Notes: a model not told the origin generated them from the letters alone. A DNA stretch of 64,000 nucleotides from Candidatus Eiseniibacteriota bacterium (GCA_963823555.1 CAWGMA010000002.1:128001-192000); one strand, 5' to 3'. Positions 1-10,901 are shown, numbered from the stretch's first letter. Made by a program: numbers and translations.

Positions 1-162
1 CTCCGCTTCCGCCCGCTGGCGGAGACCGTGCGCGACACGCTCGCCTGGCATGCGGGCCGCGCGGGCAGGGGCGCTGAAGCGCAGTCGTTTGCGTTACGGA
101 GCGGGCTCAAGCCCGAACGGGAGGCGGAGCTGATCGCCGCCTGGCGATCCCGGAACGCGTGA
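1..162 (+). CDS. 3' end of NAD-dependent epimerase/dehydratase (isoflavone reductase-like) protein, partial
   Basis: Frame 1 reads LRFRPLAETVRDTLAW...GLKPEREAELIAAW to TGA 160-162, a typical C-terminus for this family; GTGA overlap with the next gene. Confidence 0.7.
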   Translation, partial: LRFRPLAETVRDTLAWHAGRAGRGAEAQSFALRSGLKPEREAELIAAWRSRNA

Positions 163-1289
163 ACATCACCGGGAATTCGCGGCGCTTCCACGCCGTCTGC
201 GCTCCCGGCCTCGAGCCGATCACGGCCGCCGAGGTCGAGAGCCTCGGTGCCGCCGAAATCCAGACGACCACGGGTGGGGTGGGGTTCTCGGGACCGCTGG
301 GGCTTGGCTTCCGGGCCAATCTCTGGCTCCGCACGGCGGTCGAGGTGCGGCTTCGCCTGGCCCGGTTCCACGCCCCGAGCGAACGGCTCCTGGCCGAGCG
401 GGCCCGGGAAGTGGACTGGGAGGCCTATCTCGCGCCGGGGGCGGTGGTCGACGTGCGGGTGAGCACCTCGCGGTCGGTCCTCTCGCATTCAGGTCGGATC
501 GCTGAGCTCGTCGAGGAGGCGCTGTCTCCAGTCGCTCCAGGGACGGCGCCCATGCCGGGGCAGCGGATCTACGTGCGTCTCGTGCATGATACGTGCACGC
601 TGTCCATCGACATGTCCGGGGAACCCCTTCATCGGCGCGGCTATCGTCAGGAGCCCTCGCGAGGTCCGCTCCGCGAGTCCCTGGCCGCAGCTCTCATCCT
701 CGCTCTGGGGTGGGATCCGAGCACTCCCTTCATCGATCCCATGTGCGGATCGGGCACGCTCGTGATCGAGGCCGCGCTCATCTCGCTCGGAGCGGCACCC
801 GGGCGGGACCGCACCTTTGCCTGCGAGCACTGGCCCGTCGCGGACTCCGCGTTGTGGCCCGCGCTCCGCGCCGAGGCCAACCGCGCCGTCAAGGCCGCGC
901 CATCCGCGCCCATCCTCGGCTACGATCGCAATGCCGGAGCGATCGGGGTCGCCCGGCGGAACGCCGAACGCGCCGGGGTCATGCTGCATCTCACGCTCGA
1001 GCGCCACGCGATCGCCGATCTCGCGCCGCCCGATGAGATGCCTTCTGGGCTCCTCCTCACCAATCCACCCTACGGCCGCCGGGTGCGCGAGGTCCGCGCG
1101 CTCGAAACTCTCTACGCGGAGATCGGCCACGTGCTCGCTCGCCATTTCGCTGGATGGCGCGCTGCCCTCTTGAGTGCCGAGCCGCGTCTCGATGCGCGGA
1201 TCGCCTTGCCGCGACGCGCGGAACACCGGTTCATGAACGGTGGACTCCCCTGCCGTTTGATCGAGTTCGACCTCGCGCCCGGCTCATGA
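159..1289 (+). CDS. THUMP-domain class I SAM-dependent RNA methyltransferase (RlmL N-terminal-like)
   Basis: Motifs PGLE, ANLWLRTA, SGEPLHRRGYR, PLRESLAA, DPMCGSGT, NPPYG. Confidence 0.9.
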   Translation: MNITGNSRRFHAVCAPGLEPITAAEVESLGAAEIQTTTGGVGFSGPLGLGFRANLWLRTAVEVRLRLARFHAPSERLLAERAREVDWEAYLAPGAVVDVRVSTSRSVLSHSGRIAELVEEALSPVAPGTAPMPGQRIYVRLVHDTCTLSIDMSGEPLHRRGYRQEPSRGPLRESLAAALILALGWDPSTPFIDPMCGSGTLVIEAALISLGAAPGRDRTFACEHWPVADSALWPALRAEANRAVKAAPSAPILGYDRNAGAIGVARRNAERAGVMLHLTLERHAIADLAPPDEMPSGLLLTNPPYGRRVREVRALETLYAEIGHVLARHFAGWRAALLSAEPRLDARIALPRRAEHRFMNGGLPCRLIEFDLAPGS

Positions 1290-1360
1290 CCCCAGCTGGT
1301 TGTCCAGGGCGAGTCCCTGGCTTAGGATGCGGGCATTCCATCAACTGAAAGGGGGTGCCG

Positions 1361-2824
1361 ATGACACGCTACGAGGCAATCGCATTCCTGGTGCTGGCGT
1401 CTAGCCTGGGTGCCGGTTCTCTGGCTCAGGCATCGGACTGCGAGTGCCCACAGGAATACGACCCGGATCGCCCGCCGGGAACCATATGGCGGGGCAAGGA
1501 GAACCTCACCCTCGAGGATATCGCCGCGATCTGCGCCCCGGCGCTCTGGTTCTCGAGTGACGAGCCTGCGATCCTTCTTGGTGGAGGAAAGGGGGTGCCG
1601 AATGTGCATCCCTGCGATGATGAACCGACGGACAGCGGCGTGGTCTACTACCAGCCGCGGATCATCAGGCTCCGGAACGGGCGCGCTCCGCTCTCCGAGC
1701 CGTTCGAGACGGCACCGGACCTGTTGGAGAAGGTCTACAGTCTCGCCCTGCGCTACTACTTCTACTACGACCAGGACTTCGGGCTGGACGGACACCAGCA
1801 CGATGTGGAGCTGGCCGAGTTCCAGATCGCCTTGGAGACCGCGGCCGATGGTTGCCATCAGTTGCGCATTCTCCGTGTCGAGTGCTTTGCCCACGGTGTC
1901 GACTGGTACAACAACATCATCGAGGCGACGCCCGAGGTCGATCTGGACGCGCGCGTGCCGCTCAGGATCCTGGTGGAGGAGGCGAAGCATGCTACCTGCC
2001 CCGATCGCAATGGGGACGGGCAATACACTCCAGGCTATGACGTCAACGTTCGCATCAATGACGCCTGGGGAGTGCGCGATGTGCTCGCGTCGGGCGTGCT
2101 CCTGGGGGGCGGCTACAACGCCACCATGTCCAAGCGCCGCGAACCGGAATACATGATCATGCCTCCGGAGCGTCCCGATCTCTGCCGGAACGCGGCGCGC
2201 TACGAACCGCGTCTCTTCGAGAAGCACTACGAGCTGCGTCCAGGCTCGCAGCTCGTCATGTGCGCCAACCTCGAGCACGGGCAATTTCTCGCCGAACTGA
2301 TGGAGAAGCATGGGCTGGGCAGCAACCACAAGCCGGAGCAGTACGAGGCTGTCAGCCTACAGAGCTTCGCCGAACCGTTCTCGAAACCCGGGAGCATCAT
2401 CGGATCGCTCAACTACCGTTACGATGGATTTGCCTACTCCGGGGTGAGCTTGCTCCTCCGTGGGCTCGACGGCGGAGAAATATGGCTCGTCCCCAAGATC
2501 AACATGCAGTACCGCGCGGCTTCGTTCGAGGCGCTCTTGACCAAGTCGGCGTCACGATGGGTGGACGGCTACCTCACGCTGGGGATCGAGCGGCTGTACA
2601 AGAAGACGGCCGATGTCGATGGCGAGACGATCACCGTGCGCGACGGGGCCTGGGAGGGTGCCGTGGAGACCGGAGTCAAGTTCCGCTTCCGCACCCCCAG
2701 CATGGTGAAGCCGATCTTCTTCTGGTACGACTTCGCCGGGATGCGTTTCGGGGTGCGGACCAACAAGTTCGATACGCTGGAGAATCTGCGTTTCACCTAC
2801 GAGATCGGTGCGGGTGTCTGGTAG
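1361..2824 (+). CDS. Secreted hypothetical protein; NPP1/NLP-like motif in the N-terminal half and a beta-strand-rich C-terminal region
   Basis: Signal peptide, RBS GAAAGGGGG, motifs [29 protein letters not shown] and FAHG, DRNGDG loop, terminal Trp. Confidence 0.7.
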   Translation: MTRYEAIAFLVLASSLGAGSLAQASDCECPQEYDPDRPPGTIWRGKENLTLEDIAAICAPALWFSSDEPAILLGGGKGVPNVHPCDDEPTDSGVVYYQPRIIRLRNGRAPLSEPFETAPDLLEKVYSLALRYYFYYDQDFGLDGHQHDVELAEFQIALETAADGCHQLRILRVECFAHGVDWYNNIIEATPEVDLDARVPLRILVEEAKHATCPDRNGDGQYTPGYDVNVRINDAWGVRDVLASGVLLGGGYNATMSKRREPEYMIMPPERPDLCRNAARYEPRLFEKHYELRPGSQLVMCANLEHGQFLAELMEKHGLGSNHKPEQYEAVSLQSFAEPFSKPGSIIGSLNYRYDGFAYSGVSLLLRGLDGGEIWLVPKINMQYRAASFEALLTKSASRWVDGYLTLGIERLYKKTADVDGETITVRDGAWEGAVETGVKFRFRTPSMVKPIFFWYDFAGMRFGVRTNKFDTLENLRFTYEIGAGVW

Positions 2825-2862
2825 GCCACCGGATCGCCCACGACGGAAGGAGGGTCACGGTC

Positions 2863-3558
2863 ATGAGTCTCTCTCGCCGGATGGGAGCCGAGTTCATCGG
2901 CACGTTCTGGCTCGTGCTCGGTGGTTGCGGGAGCGCGGTGCTGGCGGCGGCCTTTCCCGAGGTCGGGATCGGGCTGCTCGGTGTCGCCCTGGCATTCGGG
3001 CTCACGGTGCTGACGATGGCGTTCGCCATCGGTCGCATCTCAGGCTGTCACCTGAACCCGGCGGTCTCGATCGGGCTCGTTGCCGGCGGGCGTTTCAAGA
3101 CCGGCGAGCTCATTCCCTACATTCTGGCCCAGGTCCTGGGCGCGATCCTCGCGGCATGGGTGCTCTACGTGATCGCGAGCGGCGCCTCGGGCTTCGATCT
3201 CTCCGGAGGGCTCGCATCGAACGGGTACGCCGAGCACTCGCCGGGAGGCTACTCGCTCGGTAGCGGCTTCCTCACCGAGGTGGTGATGACCTTCATGTTC
3301 CTCATCATCATCCTCGGCGCCACCGATCCCCGCGCCCCGCAGGGCTTCGCCCCGATCGCCATCGGGCTCGGACTCACCTTGATCCACCTGATCTCGATCC
3401 CGGTCACCAACACCTCGGTGAACCCGGCCCGCTCGACCGGGCCGGCGCTCCTCGTCGGCGGCTGGGCCATCGCCCAGCTCTGGATGTTCTGGGTCGCGCC
3501 CATCATCGGGGCCATCCTCGCGGGCGGCGTCTATCGCTGGCTCGGCCGCGAGGACTAG
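2863..3558 (+). CDS. aqpZ: Aquaporin Z
   Basis: [17 protein letters not shown], two NPA motifs ([19 protein letters not shown]); RBS GAAGGAGG. Confidence 0.95.
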   Translation: MSLSRRMGAEFIGTFWLVLGGCGSAVLAAAFPEVGIGLLGVALAFGLTVLTMAFAIGRISGCHLNPAVSIGLVAGGRFKTGELIPYILAQVLGAILAAWVLYVIASGASGFDLSGGLASNGYAEHSPGGYSLGSGFLTEVVMTFMFLIIILGATDPRAPQGFAPIAIGLGLTLIHLISIPVTNTSVNPARSTGPALLVGGWAIAQLWMFWVAPIIGAILAGGVYRWLGRED

Positions 3559-3602
3559 CGGGACGGCGGCGGCTCGCCGGCAAGAGGTAGAAGGAGAGCA
3601 GG

Positions 3603-4432
3603 ATGAGGGTGCGTGTCGGCCTGCAGCTCTGCCTGTGCGGCTTGCTGATCTCCGTCCCGGCACTCACCTAGGAGAAGCGCACGGGGGCCAAGTTCTACAG
3701 CAGCATCCGCGGGCATATCGCTTACTACGACGAGCTTCTCGAGATCCAGGACAACGCTTCCCGGATCGGCTTCGGTGCCTTCTACGAAGCGCCCCAGTAC
3801 ATTCGCTTCTACGGCCACCCTACCGGGTCCCCCTCGATCGTCTCCACCTGGGCGCGCAGATGCAGCTGCGCGGGCGGAACGGTCCGAACACGGTGGACAA
3901 CTTCGCATTCTCCGGCACCTACGGTCCCGTGATAGGAGCGACCGTCGGCGCTGCCTACAACCACTGGAAGATCCCCCCTGAGATCCGGGCATCCCTCAGC
4001 GGATCGGAGCCGAGCGGGAAGTACTTTGCCGCTGGTATCAAGTACGAGCGGGAGGACCTGTTCGCCGCACTTGTTTACGCTCATCAGTCGAGTGGTAACG
4101 GTGTCATCGCTCCCGACTCGCTCGTTGGCGCCGCGTTCGATGCCGATGGCATCGAGCTCTACGCCCACTACGATGCGACCAAGCGGTTGCGTCTGGTGGG
4201 TGGCTACAACTATCTCGCTCCGAGCGACTTCGATACGAACCGCATCGCCCCCAGCTTCGGGCAGAGCTACCTGGTTCTCGGCGCCGATTACTTCTTCTTC
4301 CCGCGGGCTTACGCCTACTACGAGATGAAGCTCGACTTCGGCCAGGACTACACCAGCAGCGATCGATTCAATGTCTTCACCCTCGGCGTCCGGATCGATC
4401 TCGAGGTGAACCACGAGAAGAAGATCGAGTGA
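3603..4432 (+). pseudogene. Disrupted Gram-negative porin
   Basis: RBS plus ATG 3603, signal peptide, in-frame TAG 3669-3671, then IQDNASRIGF (porin motif); frame switch near 3820 into a beta-barrel C-terminal part ending FTLGVRIDL. Confidence 0.7.
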
Positions 4433-4451
4433 CCTGGGACCGCCCGCGGTT

Positions 4452-5111
4452 CTACTCGGTCGAGATCTCGTTCGGGAGCTCGTTCACGTCATCGGGTCGG
4501 ATCGGGAAGTGCTCCCCGAGCTTCTCGCCGGTGCGCCGGACGGCGGTGAGGACTCCGTCGAGGAAGCGGCGGTGCATGAAACAGCCCTGCATCTCGTCGC
4601 GCACCTGATCCCAGAACTCTCGGTGCACCGCGTGATCGATACCCTCATCACCGAGGATGCAGAAGCGGTGATCGGCGACCGAGATGTAGATGAGGACGCC
4701 ATTGCGCTCGGCGGTTGCCTGCATGCCGAGAGCGGTGAAGACGGCGGCGGCTGCGGCCCGGACATCGCCCGCCGTGCGCCGCGCCAGGTGGAGACGGATC
4801 TCCCCCGAGGTCTTCCCCTCGGCGGCGGCGATCGCGTCGCGGATCCGGCGCCGCGCTTCGGGGTCGAAGAACGTCGCCGGATTCTCTCCCCACCCGGGGC
4901 GCATCGCCAGCGCTAGCAGCAAGAGGGCGGCGAGCGCGAGGCCTAGAGCAGCGAGCCCGTGCGGTGTGGCGAGTCGCGCCATGCCGCTCGGGGCCCATGT
5001 GGCCTCGACCGTGTCCATCACGAGCTCGGGATGGAGGACGAGGACGAGCCAGGCACAGGCGAGGGCCGCCAGCACGGCGGCGATGAGCAGGACGATCCGG
5101 TGCCAGGTCAT
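4452..5111 (-). CDS. TPM-domain (DUF477) membrane protein
   Basis: AEGKTSGEIR, T.ERNGVLIY, GDEGI, DDVNELPNEIS; two N-terminal TM helices. Confidence 0.9.
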   Translation of the reverse strand: MTWHRIVLLIAAVLAALACAWLVLVLHPELVMDTVEATWAPSGMARLATPHGLAALGLALAALLLLALAMRPGWGENPATFFDPEARRRIRDAIAAAEGKTSGEIRLHLARRTAGDVRAAAAAVFTALGMQATAERNGVLIYISVADHRFCILGDEGIDHAVHREFWDQVRDEMQGCFMHRRFLDGVLTAVRRTGEKLGEHFPIRPDDVNELPNEISTE

Positions 5112-5158
5112 CGCTCACTCCCATCAGGGATTCGTTTGCTGCGTCGCGGTGCCACGAC

Positions 5159-6004
5159 TCACCACCCGCCCGAGGCTCCGCCGCCACCGAAGCCGCCGCC
5201 CCCACCGCCGAACCCGCCGCCCCCGCCGCCGAATCCGCCGCCGAACCCGCCGCCGAACCCGCCGCCGAAGGGGCCATACCAGGTGCGCCGCCGCCGCCAT
5301 CCACGGTGATCGCCTGTCATGCTCCCAGCCGCGAGCGCACGCATGACGGGCGGCAGGAGCACGAAGAGGATGATGAAGAGGATGATCAGCCCCGCCGAAG
5401 AGCGTGGGTTCGAGTCCCCTCCGCCTCCGTCCGTGGCCTGATATTCCCCCTCGATGACGGCGATGACTGCCTGGATGGCCGCCGTCACGCCGCCGTCATA
5501 GTCTCCTTCTCTGAAGCGTGGAGCGAGGACCTGCCGCAGGATGCGGCTGGACATGGCATCGGTGAGGCGACCTTCGAGCCCATACCCCACCTCGAGCCGT
5601 GTTCGGCGCTCCTGGACGAAGACGAGGAGGATGACCCCGTTGTCGTGCTCGCGGCTGCCGATCTGCCACTTCTCGGCCAGCCGGATCGAGAAGTCCTCCA
5701 GGCTCTCCCCCTCCAGCGAGGGAAAGATGGCGACGGCGATCTGGTCGGAGGAGGCGGTCTCGTGCTCGGCGATCATGCTCCCGATGCGCGATGCCGCCGC
5801 CGGCGAGAGCAAGCCCGCGTAATCGGAAACCCGCCCGCGCGGCGTTGCCGGCACGTCGAGGGCACACGCCGGCAGGGGTGCCGTCAGGGCATGGACCACC
5901 ACGATGGCGAACACGGTGGCGCGAAGTCCCGCGCCCGCCGTGTTCCATCCGCGGCCCGAGTCCGTTACCGACCGTTCTCTGTCGTTCTCGTGTTGGAGAT
6001 GCAA
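5159..6004 (-). CDS. TPM-domain protein (YgcG-like) with Gly-rich tail; start uncertain
   Basis: VSDYAGLL, DNGVILL, RLEVGYGLEGRLTD, C-terminal GGGFGGGGASGGW. Confidence 0.9.
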   Translation of the reverse strand: MHLQHENDRERSVTDSGRGWNTAGAGLRATVFAIVVVHALTAPLPACALDVPATPRGRVSDYAGLLSPAAASRIGSMIAEHETASSDQIAVAIFPSLEGESLEDFSIRLAEKWQIGSREHDNGVILLVFVQERRTRLEVGYGLEGRLTDAMSSRILRQVLAPRFREGDYDGGVTAAIQAVIAVIEGEYQATDGGGGDSNPRSSAGLIILFIILFVLLPPVMRALAAGSMTGDHRGWRRRRTWYGPFGGGFGGGFGGGFGGGGGGFGGGGGGFGGGGASGGW

Positions 6005-6027
6005 GGGTCCCTCCGGACCCCGCGGCG

Positions 6028-6633
6028 CTAGAACTCGACCTTGGGCGCTTGCTCGGCGCCCGGAGCCGCCTCGAAGTAGGGACGCGGCTTGAAGCCGGCG
6101 ACGGCCGCCACGAAGTTGTTCGGGATACGCCCGATGAGCGTGTTATAGAAGCGAGCAGTTTCGTTGAATCGACGCCGCTCGACCGCGATCCGGTTCTCGG
6201 TGCCCTCGAGCTGGCTCTGCAGTTCCAAGAAGTTCTGATTGGCCTTGAGCTCGGGGTAACGCTCGATGGTGACCAGCAGCCGGCTCAACGCGCCCGTGAG
6301 CTCGCCCTGGGTCTGCTGGAACTGCTGGAAGGCCTGTGGGTTCTCGAGGAGCTCCGGGCCGATCTGCACCTGCCCTGCCCTGGACCTCGCCTCGGCCACC
6401 GCGGTGTAGGTCTCCTTCTCGAAGTTGGCGACTCCCTTCACTGTTTCGACCAGATTGGGGATCAGGTCCATGCGGCGCTGATAGACGTTCTGAACCTGAG
6501 CCCAGGCCTCGTTGACCTCCTCGCGCGACTGGTACATGGCGTTGTACCGCTGAATGAAGAATGACCCGATGATGACCGCGAGCAGCACGAGCCCCGCGAG
6601 AACGATCACACCTACCAAACACCCACGCTTCAT
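6028..6633 (-). CDS. lemA: LemA family protein
   Basis: WAQVQNVYQRRMDLIPNLV, ERYPELKANQNF, LEGTENRIAVERRRFN; real start is ATG at 6633 inside the long 1051-aa ORF. Confidence 0.95.
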   Translation of the reverse strand: MKRGCLVGVIVLAGLVLLAVIIGSFFIQRYNAMYQSREEVNEAWAQVQNVYQRRMDLIPNLVETVKGVANFEKETYTAVAEARSRAGQVQIGPELLENPQAFQQFQQTQGELTGALSRLLVTIERYPELKANQNFLELQSQLEGTENRIAVERRRFNETARFYNTLIGRIPNNFVAAVAGFKPRPYFEAAPGAEQAPKVEF

Positions 6634-6903
6634 GACCGGTCCTCGTCCTCCGTTGACATCGAGGTAAGTACGATCGCCCGCGCCGGAGAGGAAGGGCGGG
6701 CCGATCGTTGGTAGCCCGTTCATCGGCGACCGCCGCCCATCTAACACCATTCCCACCCGCGCGTCCAGGCCGGTAAGCCGGCGGCATTTCGCCTCCGGCG
6801 GCGACGTGCTAGGCTCCCGACAGCTGATGCGATGGGCTCTGGCCGACCCGGCGCCGCTCCGGTTTCGCCGGCTTCGGCGCCCGCCCGGAAGGTGAGTGAC
6901 AAG

Positions 6904-8433
6904 ATGACCACGACCGCACGCAGTCATCCCTTTGCGGCCGATCTCCAGGGTGCCCAGCGGGCCGCCCCGGTTTCGATCGTCATCTTCGGCGCGACCGGTG
7001 ATCTCACGCAGCGCAAGCTGCTGCCGGCCCTCTACAACCTGGCTGCCGAGGGGGCCTTGGATCCGTCCACCATCGTGGTCGGCTTCGCTCGCCGCGAGAA
7101 GAGCCACGAGTCCTTCCGCGAGGAGATGGCCGCTGCTGTCCGCCAGCACTCGCGGCAGGCGGTCGACGAGCAGGTCTGGCATCGTCTGGCTGGAGGGATC
7201 CATTTCTGCCGCGGTGATTTCGCCGATAGCGAGACCTATGAGGTCCTGGCGCGGCAGCTCCATGAGCTGGAGGCGAGGTTCCACATCCCGGGCAACCGGC
7301 TCTTCTATCTCGCCACACCCCCTTCGGCCTTCCCCGAGATCATTTCTCGGCTGAAGGCCTCGGGCCTGACCGCGGGCGGCGGTTTCACCCGGATCGTGGT
7401 GGAGAAACCGCTCGGGCATGATCTGCGCAGCTCCCGCGAGCTCAACGACGGCCTGTCCGCTTCGTTCGAGGAGCGACAGATCTTCCGCATCGACCACTAC
7501 CTCGGCAAGGAGACCGTACAGAACATCCTCGTCTTCCGGCTCGGCAACGGCATCTTCGAGCCGTTGTGGAACCAGCGCTACATCGAGCACGTGCAGATCA
7601 CCGTGGCCGAGAGCCTGGGCATCGAGGGGCGCGCCGGCACCTTCGAGAAGGCGGGGATCTCGCGCGATATCCTGCAGAATCATCTTCTTCAGCTCCTCAG
7701 TCTCGTCGCCATGGAGCCGCCGGTCCGTTTCGAGGCGGACGCGGTGCGCGACGAGAAGGTCAAGGTGCTCAAGGCCGTCAAGCCGATCGTGGGTGAAGAT
7801 GTGGGACGGTGGACCGTGCGCGGGCGTTACCTTGCGGGCGCCGTGGCCGGTGAGCAGGTCTCGGGTTATCTGGAGGAGCCGGATGTGGCGGCTGACTCCT
7901 CGACCGAAACCTATGTCGCGCTCAAGCTCGAGATCGACAACTGGCGGTGGGCCGGGGTGCCGTTCTTTCTGCGGGCCGGCAAGCGCCTGCCAAAACGGGC
8001 GACCGAGATCGCCATCCTCTTTCGCCGGCCGCCGACCAGCGTCTTCCGCGATGCCGGCTGCGGGTCGATCGAGTCGAACGTGCTCAGCCTCCGGATCCAG
8101 CCCAACGAGGGGATCTCCCTGTCTTTTGGTTCGAAGGCGCCGGGACAGGCCATTCACATCGACCCCGTGCGGATGGACTTTCTCTACGAAACATCCTTCG
8201 GATCGACGCCGCCAGAGGCCTACGAACGGCTTCTGCTCGATGCTCTGGTCGGGGATCCCACCCTCTTTGCGCGCCGCGACGAGGTCGAGCTGGCATGGCA
8301 GCTCGTGGATGGTGTCCGGCACGGATGGGGCCGCGGATTCCCTGCGCTCACCGACTACGCGGCCGGGAGCTGGGGACCCCAGGCGGCGGAGGATCTGATC
8401 GAACGCGATGGATTCCGCTGGCGGCGGCTGTAG
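6904..8433 (+). CDS. zwf: Glucose-6-phosphate 1-dehydrogenase
   Basis: FGATGDL, EKPLG, RIDHYLGKETVQN, WRWAGVPF, EAYERLL. Confidence 0.97.
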   Translation: MTTTARSHPFAADLQGAQRAAPVSIVIFGATGDLTQRKLLPALYNLAAEGALDPSTIVVGFARREKSHESFREEMAAAVRQHSRQAVDEQVWHRLAGGIHFCRGDFADSETYEVLARQLHELEARFHIPGNRLFYLATPPSAFPEIISRLKASGLTAGGGFTRIVVEKPLGHDLRSSRELNDGLSASFEERQIFRIDHYLGKETVQNILVFRLGNGIFEPLWNQRYIEHVQITVAESLGIEGRAGTFEKAGISRDILQNHLLQLLSLVAMEPPVRFEADAVRDEKVKVLKAVKPIVGEDVGRWTVRGRYLAGAVAGEQVSGYLEEPDVAADSSTETYVALKLEIDNWRWAGVPFFLRAGKRLPKRATEIAILFRRPPTSVFRDAGCGSIESNVLSLRIQPNEGISLSFGSKAPGQAIHIDPVRMDFLYETSFGSTPPEAYERLLLDALVGDPTLFARRDEVELAWQLVDGVRHGWGRGFPALTDYAAGSWGPQAAEDLIERDGFRWRRL

Positions 8434-8481
8434 TTTCTTCGGTTCACTCTGATCCGGGAATGTGCGAACGGATGTGAGGCG

Positions 8482-9756
8482 ATGGATTCGATCACCAGCA
8501 TCCAGAGCCCTGGCGGGCTGGTCGGAGTCGCGGATGTCGAGCGTGAGCTGGCGGGATTGTGGCGCTCGGCCGCGACCGACGGCGATCGCGGCACCATCAC
8601 GCGTGCCTGCCGCACGAACCTCGTGGTTTTCGATGGCGTGATGCCGGAGCTGGTCGAGGAGGTCACGCGCCGGCATCCAGCCCGACTCATCACGATCGCG
8701 CGGTCGGAGACGGCGGCGGATCGACCGGGGGCGCAGGTGAGCGCGCTCTGCCACCTCAAGGAAGGCGGCGGCGGACTCCTCTGCTCGGAGCGGATCGCTC
8801 TCGAGGTCCGGCCGGGTGCCGAAGAGGAGGCGGTGAGTGCGGTCAGGAGCCTCGTTGTGGGTGACCTCCCGGTCGCCGTTCTTGGCGACACGGATGCCGC
8901 GTTCCACTTCGCCGCCGCCGGCCTCTTCGATCTGGCCGATCGGGTTCTCATCGATTCGACAGGAAGCGACCCAGAGATCTGGAATCGGCTGACCACCCTG
9001 GTCGAGGATCGAGAGCGCATCATCGATCTCGCCTGGCTCCGCCTGGATCCATTCCGGCGGGCTGTGGCCGATGCCATCGTGCACTCCCAGCTGCGCAAGG
9101 CGATCCACCGTCTGGAGGGGGTCGATCTGGGACATGATGGCCGGCCGACGCAGGCGCTGCTCGTTCTCGCCTGGCTGGGGCACCGGCTGCGCTGGGGACG
9201 GCCCCGTCGGCCGCGCCCGAGGCCCGCCGAGGATGCGAGCTTGGCGTCCGCCGGGAAATCACCGTCTGCGGCGAGCACGGCGCGAGGTTCCAGCAGGGAC
9301 GATGACCTCCGCGTGCTCGAGGTCTCAGGCCGCGGCCGGCGCCTCCGTCTCAGAGTGGGCGAATCGCAGCCTCCCCATGACCTGCTCCTTCTCCTGCGCA
9401 CTCCCGACATCGAACTCCTTGTCACCCTCGATGAGCGCGATGCTCAGGTGAATCTCGTTTTTGGAGCCGGGCGAACGCGCATCAAGCACCGGCGCCAGCA
9501 GGGTTCGCGACCCGGACCCAGCGGCCCAGCGCGGCGCGAGCGGGTCTCGATCGACATCCCGTCGCCCGCATCCCTCGTCATCGATGCGCTCGATCACCGG
9601 GGCCGGTGCGATCGCGACTGGCTGCCCGTATTCGCCCGGGCGCGTGAGCTGGCCGCTGCCCTCTCGAGTCTCGCCGCGGTCCAGGGTGGCGAGGGGCCGG
9701 CCGCACGCGCTGATGGTGGCGACGAGCCCGCCGCGACCGGGTCGCCGACCTCATGA
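8482..9756 (+). CDS. opcA: G6PDH assembly protein OpcA-like
   Basis: Follows zwf; RACRTNLVV, HPARLI, CSERI, DLPV, DRVLIDS, DLAWLRL, LAWLGHRLRW. Confidence 0.85.
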   Translation: MDSITSIQSPGGLVGVADVERELAGLWRSAATDGDRGTITRACRTNLVVFDGVMPELVEEVTRRHPARLITIARSETAADRPGAQVSALCHLKEGGGGLLCSERIALEVRPGAEEEAVSAVRSLVVGDLPVAVLGDTDAAFHFAAAGLFDLADRVLIDSTGSDPEIWNRLTTLVEDRERIIDLAWLRLDPFRRAVADAIVHSQLRKAIHRLEGVDLGHDGRPTQALLVLAWLGHRLRWGRPRRPRPRPAEDASLASAGKSPSAASTARGSSRDDDLRVLEVSGRGRRLRLRVGESQPPHDLLLLLRTPDIELLVTLDERDAQVNLVFGAGRTRIKHRRQQGSRPGPSGPARRERVSIDIPSPASLVIDALDHRGRCDRDWLPVFARARELAAALSSLAAVQGGEGPAARADGGDEPAATGSPTS

Positions 9757-10754
9757 TCCTGGCCGGCGATGTCGGTGGCACCAAGACCGTCCTCGGTCTA
9801 TTCGCCGAGGAAGCCGGACGTCTGTACGAGTACGCCACGGCCGAGTTCCCGAGTCGGAGCCACCGTGGTCTCGAATCGATCCTCGCCCAGTTCCTCGACT
9901 CGGCGCCGGTGGTCGCCGAGAGGAGGCGGATTCGCTCCGCCGGTTTCGGAGTGGCAGGGCCGGTCATCCAGCGCCGCGTTCAGGCCACCAATCTGCCCTG
10001 GGTGATCGAAGCCGGATCGCTCGAGCGCCAGCTCGGGTTTTCCGTTCATCTCATGAATGATCTCGCCGCCATGGCGCTTGGCGTCGGCGAGCTCGAGCCT
10101 GACGACTTCGCCATCGTGCAGCCGGGGCGGGCCGAGCTCCCGGCCGACGGAGCGGCGGCCATCATCGCTGCCGGGACCGGGCTCGGCGAGGGCATCCTCT
10201 TCCGGGTCGGAGAAGAATGGGTTCCGGCGCCCACCGAGGGCGGACATACCGACCTCGGCGCGCGGAACGAGGAGGAGATCGCCTTCCTCCGTTTCCTCAT
10301 CGCCCGCCACGGGCGAGCCGACTACGAGAATGTCCTCTCCGGGCCGGGGCTCATGAACTGCTACCGTTTCACTCACGGTGAAGGGGCGCCGGAGGCCCCT
10401 TCGGACCACCACGCCGACTTGCTCGCCGCCCCGGATCCGCCCGCCGCGATCACGGGATCGGCCCTCGCCGGCTCCTGCCCGGCCTGCGCCCGCAGCTTGA
10501 ATCTGTTCGTCACGATCTACGGCGCCGAGGCCGGGAATCTCGCGTTGAAGACCATGGCTCTGCGCGGCGTCTACATCGGGGGTGGGATCGCCCCCAAGAT
10601 CCTGCCCGCGCTCACCGATGGGCGATTCCTGGCTGCCTTCCGCGACAAGGGAGAGCCATTCTCGACGCTCCTCGCCGGCGTCCCGGTCCGGGTGATCCTC
10701 GATCCGCACTGCCCGCTCCTGGGAGCGGCGCGGGCCGCGGCCGGGAGCCCCTAG
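9753..10754 (+). CDS. glk: Glucokinase
   Basis: LAGDVGGTKT, TNLPW, NDLAA, AAGTGLGE, TEGGH, GGGIAPKI; ATGA overlap with opcA. Confidence 0.95.
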   Translation: MILAGDVGGTKTVLGLFAEEAGRLYEYATAEFPSRSHRGLESILAQFLDSAPVVAERRRIRSAGFGVAGPVIQRRVQATNLPWVIEAGSLERQLGFSVHLMNDLAAMALGVGELEPDDFAIVQPGRAELPADGAAAIIAAGTGLGEGILFRVGEEWVPAPTEGGHTDLGARNEEEIAFLRFLIARHGRADYENVLSGPGLMNCYRFTHGEGAPEAPSDHHADLLAAPDPPAAITGSALAGSCPACARSLNLFVTIYGAEAGNLALKTMALRGVYIGGGIAPKILPALTDGRFLAAFRDKGEPFSTLLAGVPVRVILDPHCPLLGAARAAAGSP

Positions 10755-10901
10755 GCCGCCGGTATCGGGCCGCGAAACGCTCGGGGATCGGCGCCATTCG
10801 CTGAACCCCGCCCGCTCCAGCCGGGATCGCAAAGGTGGGCCTCGACCCCTGAACGTCTGCCCCCTCGCTCCACCCAACCCCGGTCCCCCGGGAGTCAAGC
10901 C

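Noticed and set aside
3669..3671. In-frame TAG as pyrrolysine or read-through
   Set aside because: It lies at a non-catalytic position after the signal peptide, and the gene has a second lesion; a CAG-to-TAG nonsense change is simpler
5162..5275. ccgccgccgaa tandem repeats as a CRISPR or DNA repeat
   Set aside because: They encode the ordinary GGGF tail of TPM proteins; no spacers and no cas genes
6028..9183. Very long opposite-strand ORFs (1051 aa here; also 19059-20894, 25208-27658, 27660-29711, 33640-36549, 39824-41740, 51190-53307)
   Set aside because: Antisense shadows of real high-GC genes with no motifs of their own; only the last 201 aa of the 1051-aa ORF (LemA) is real
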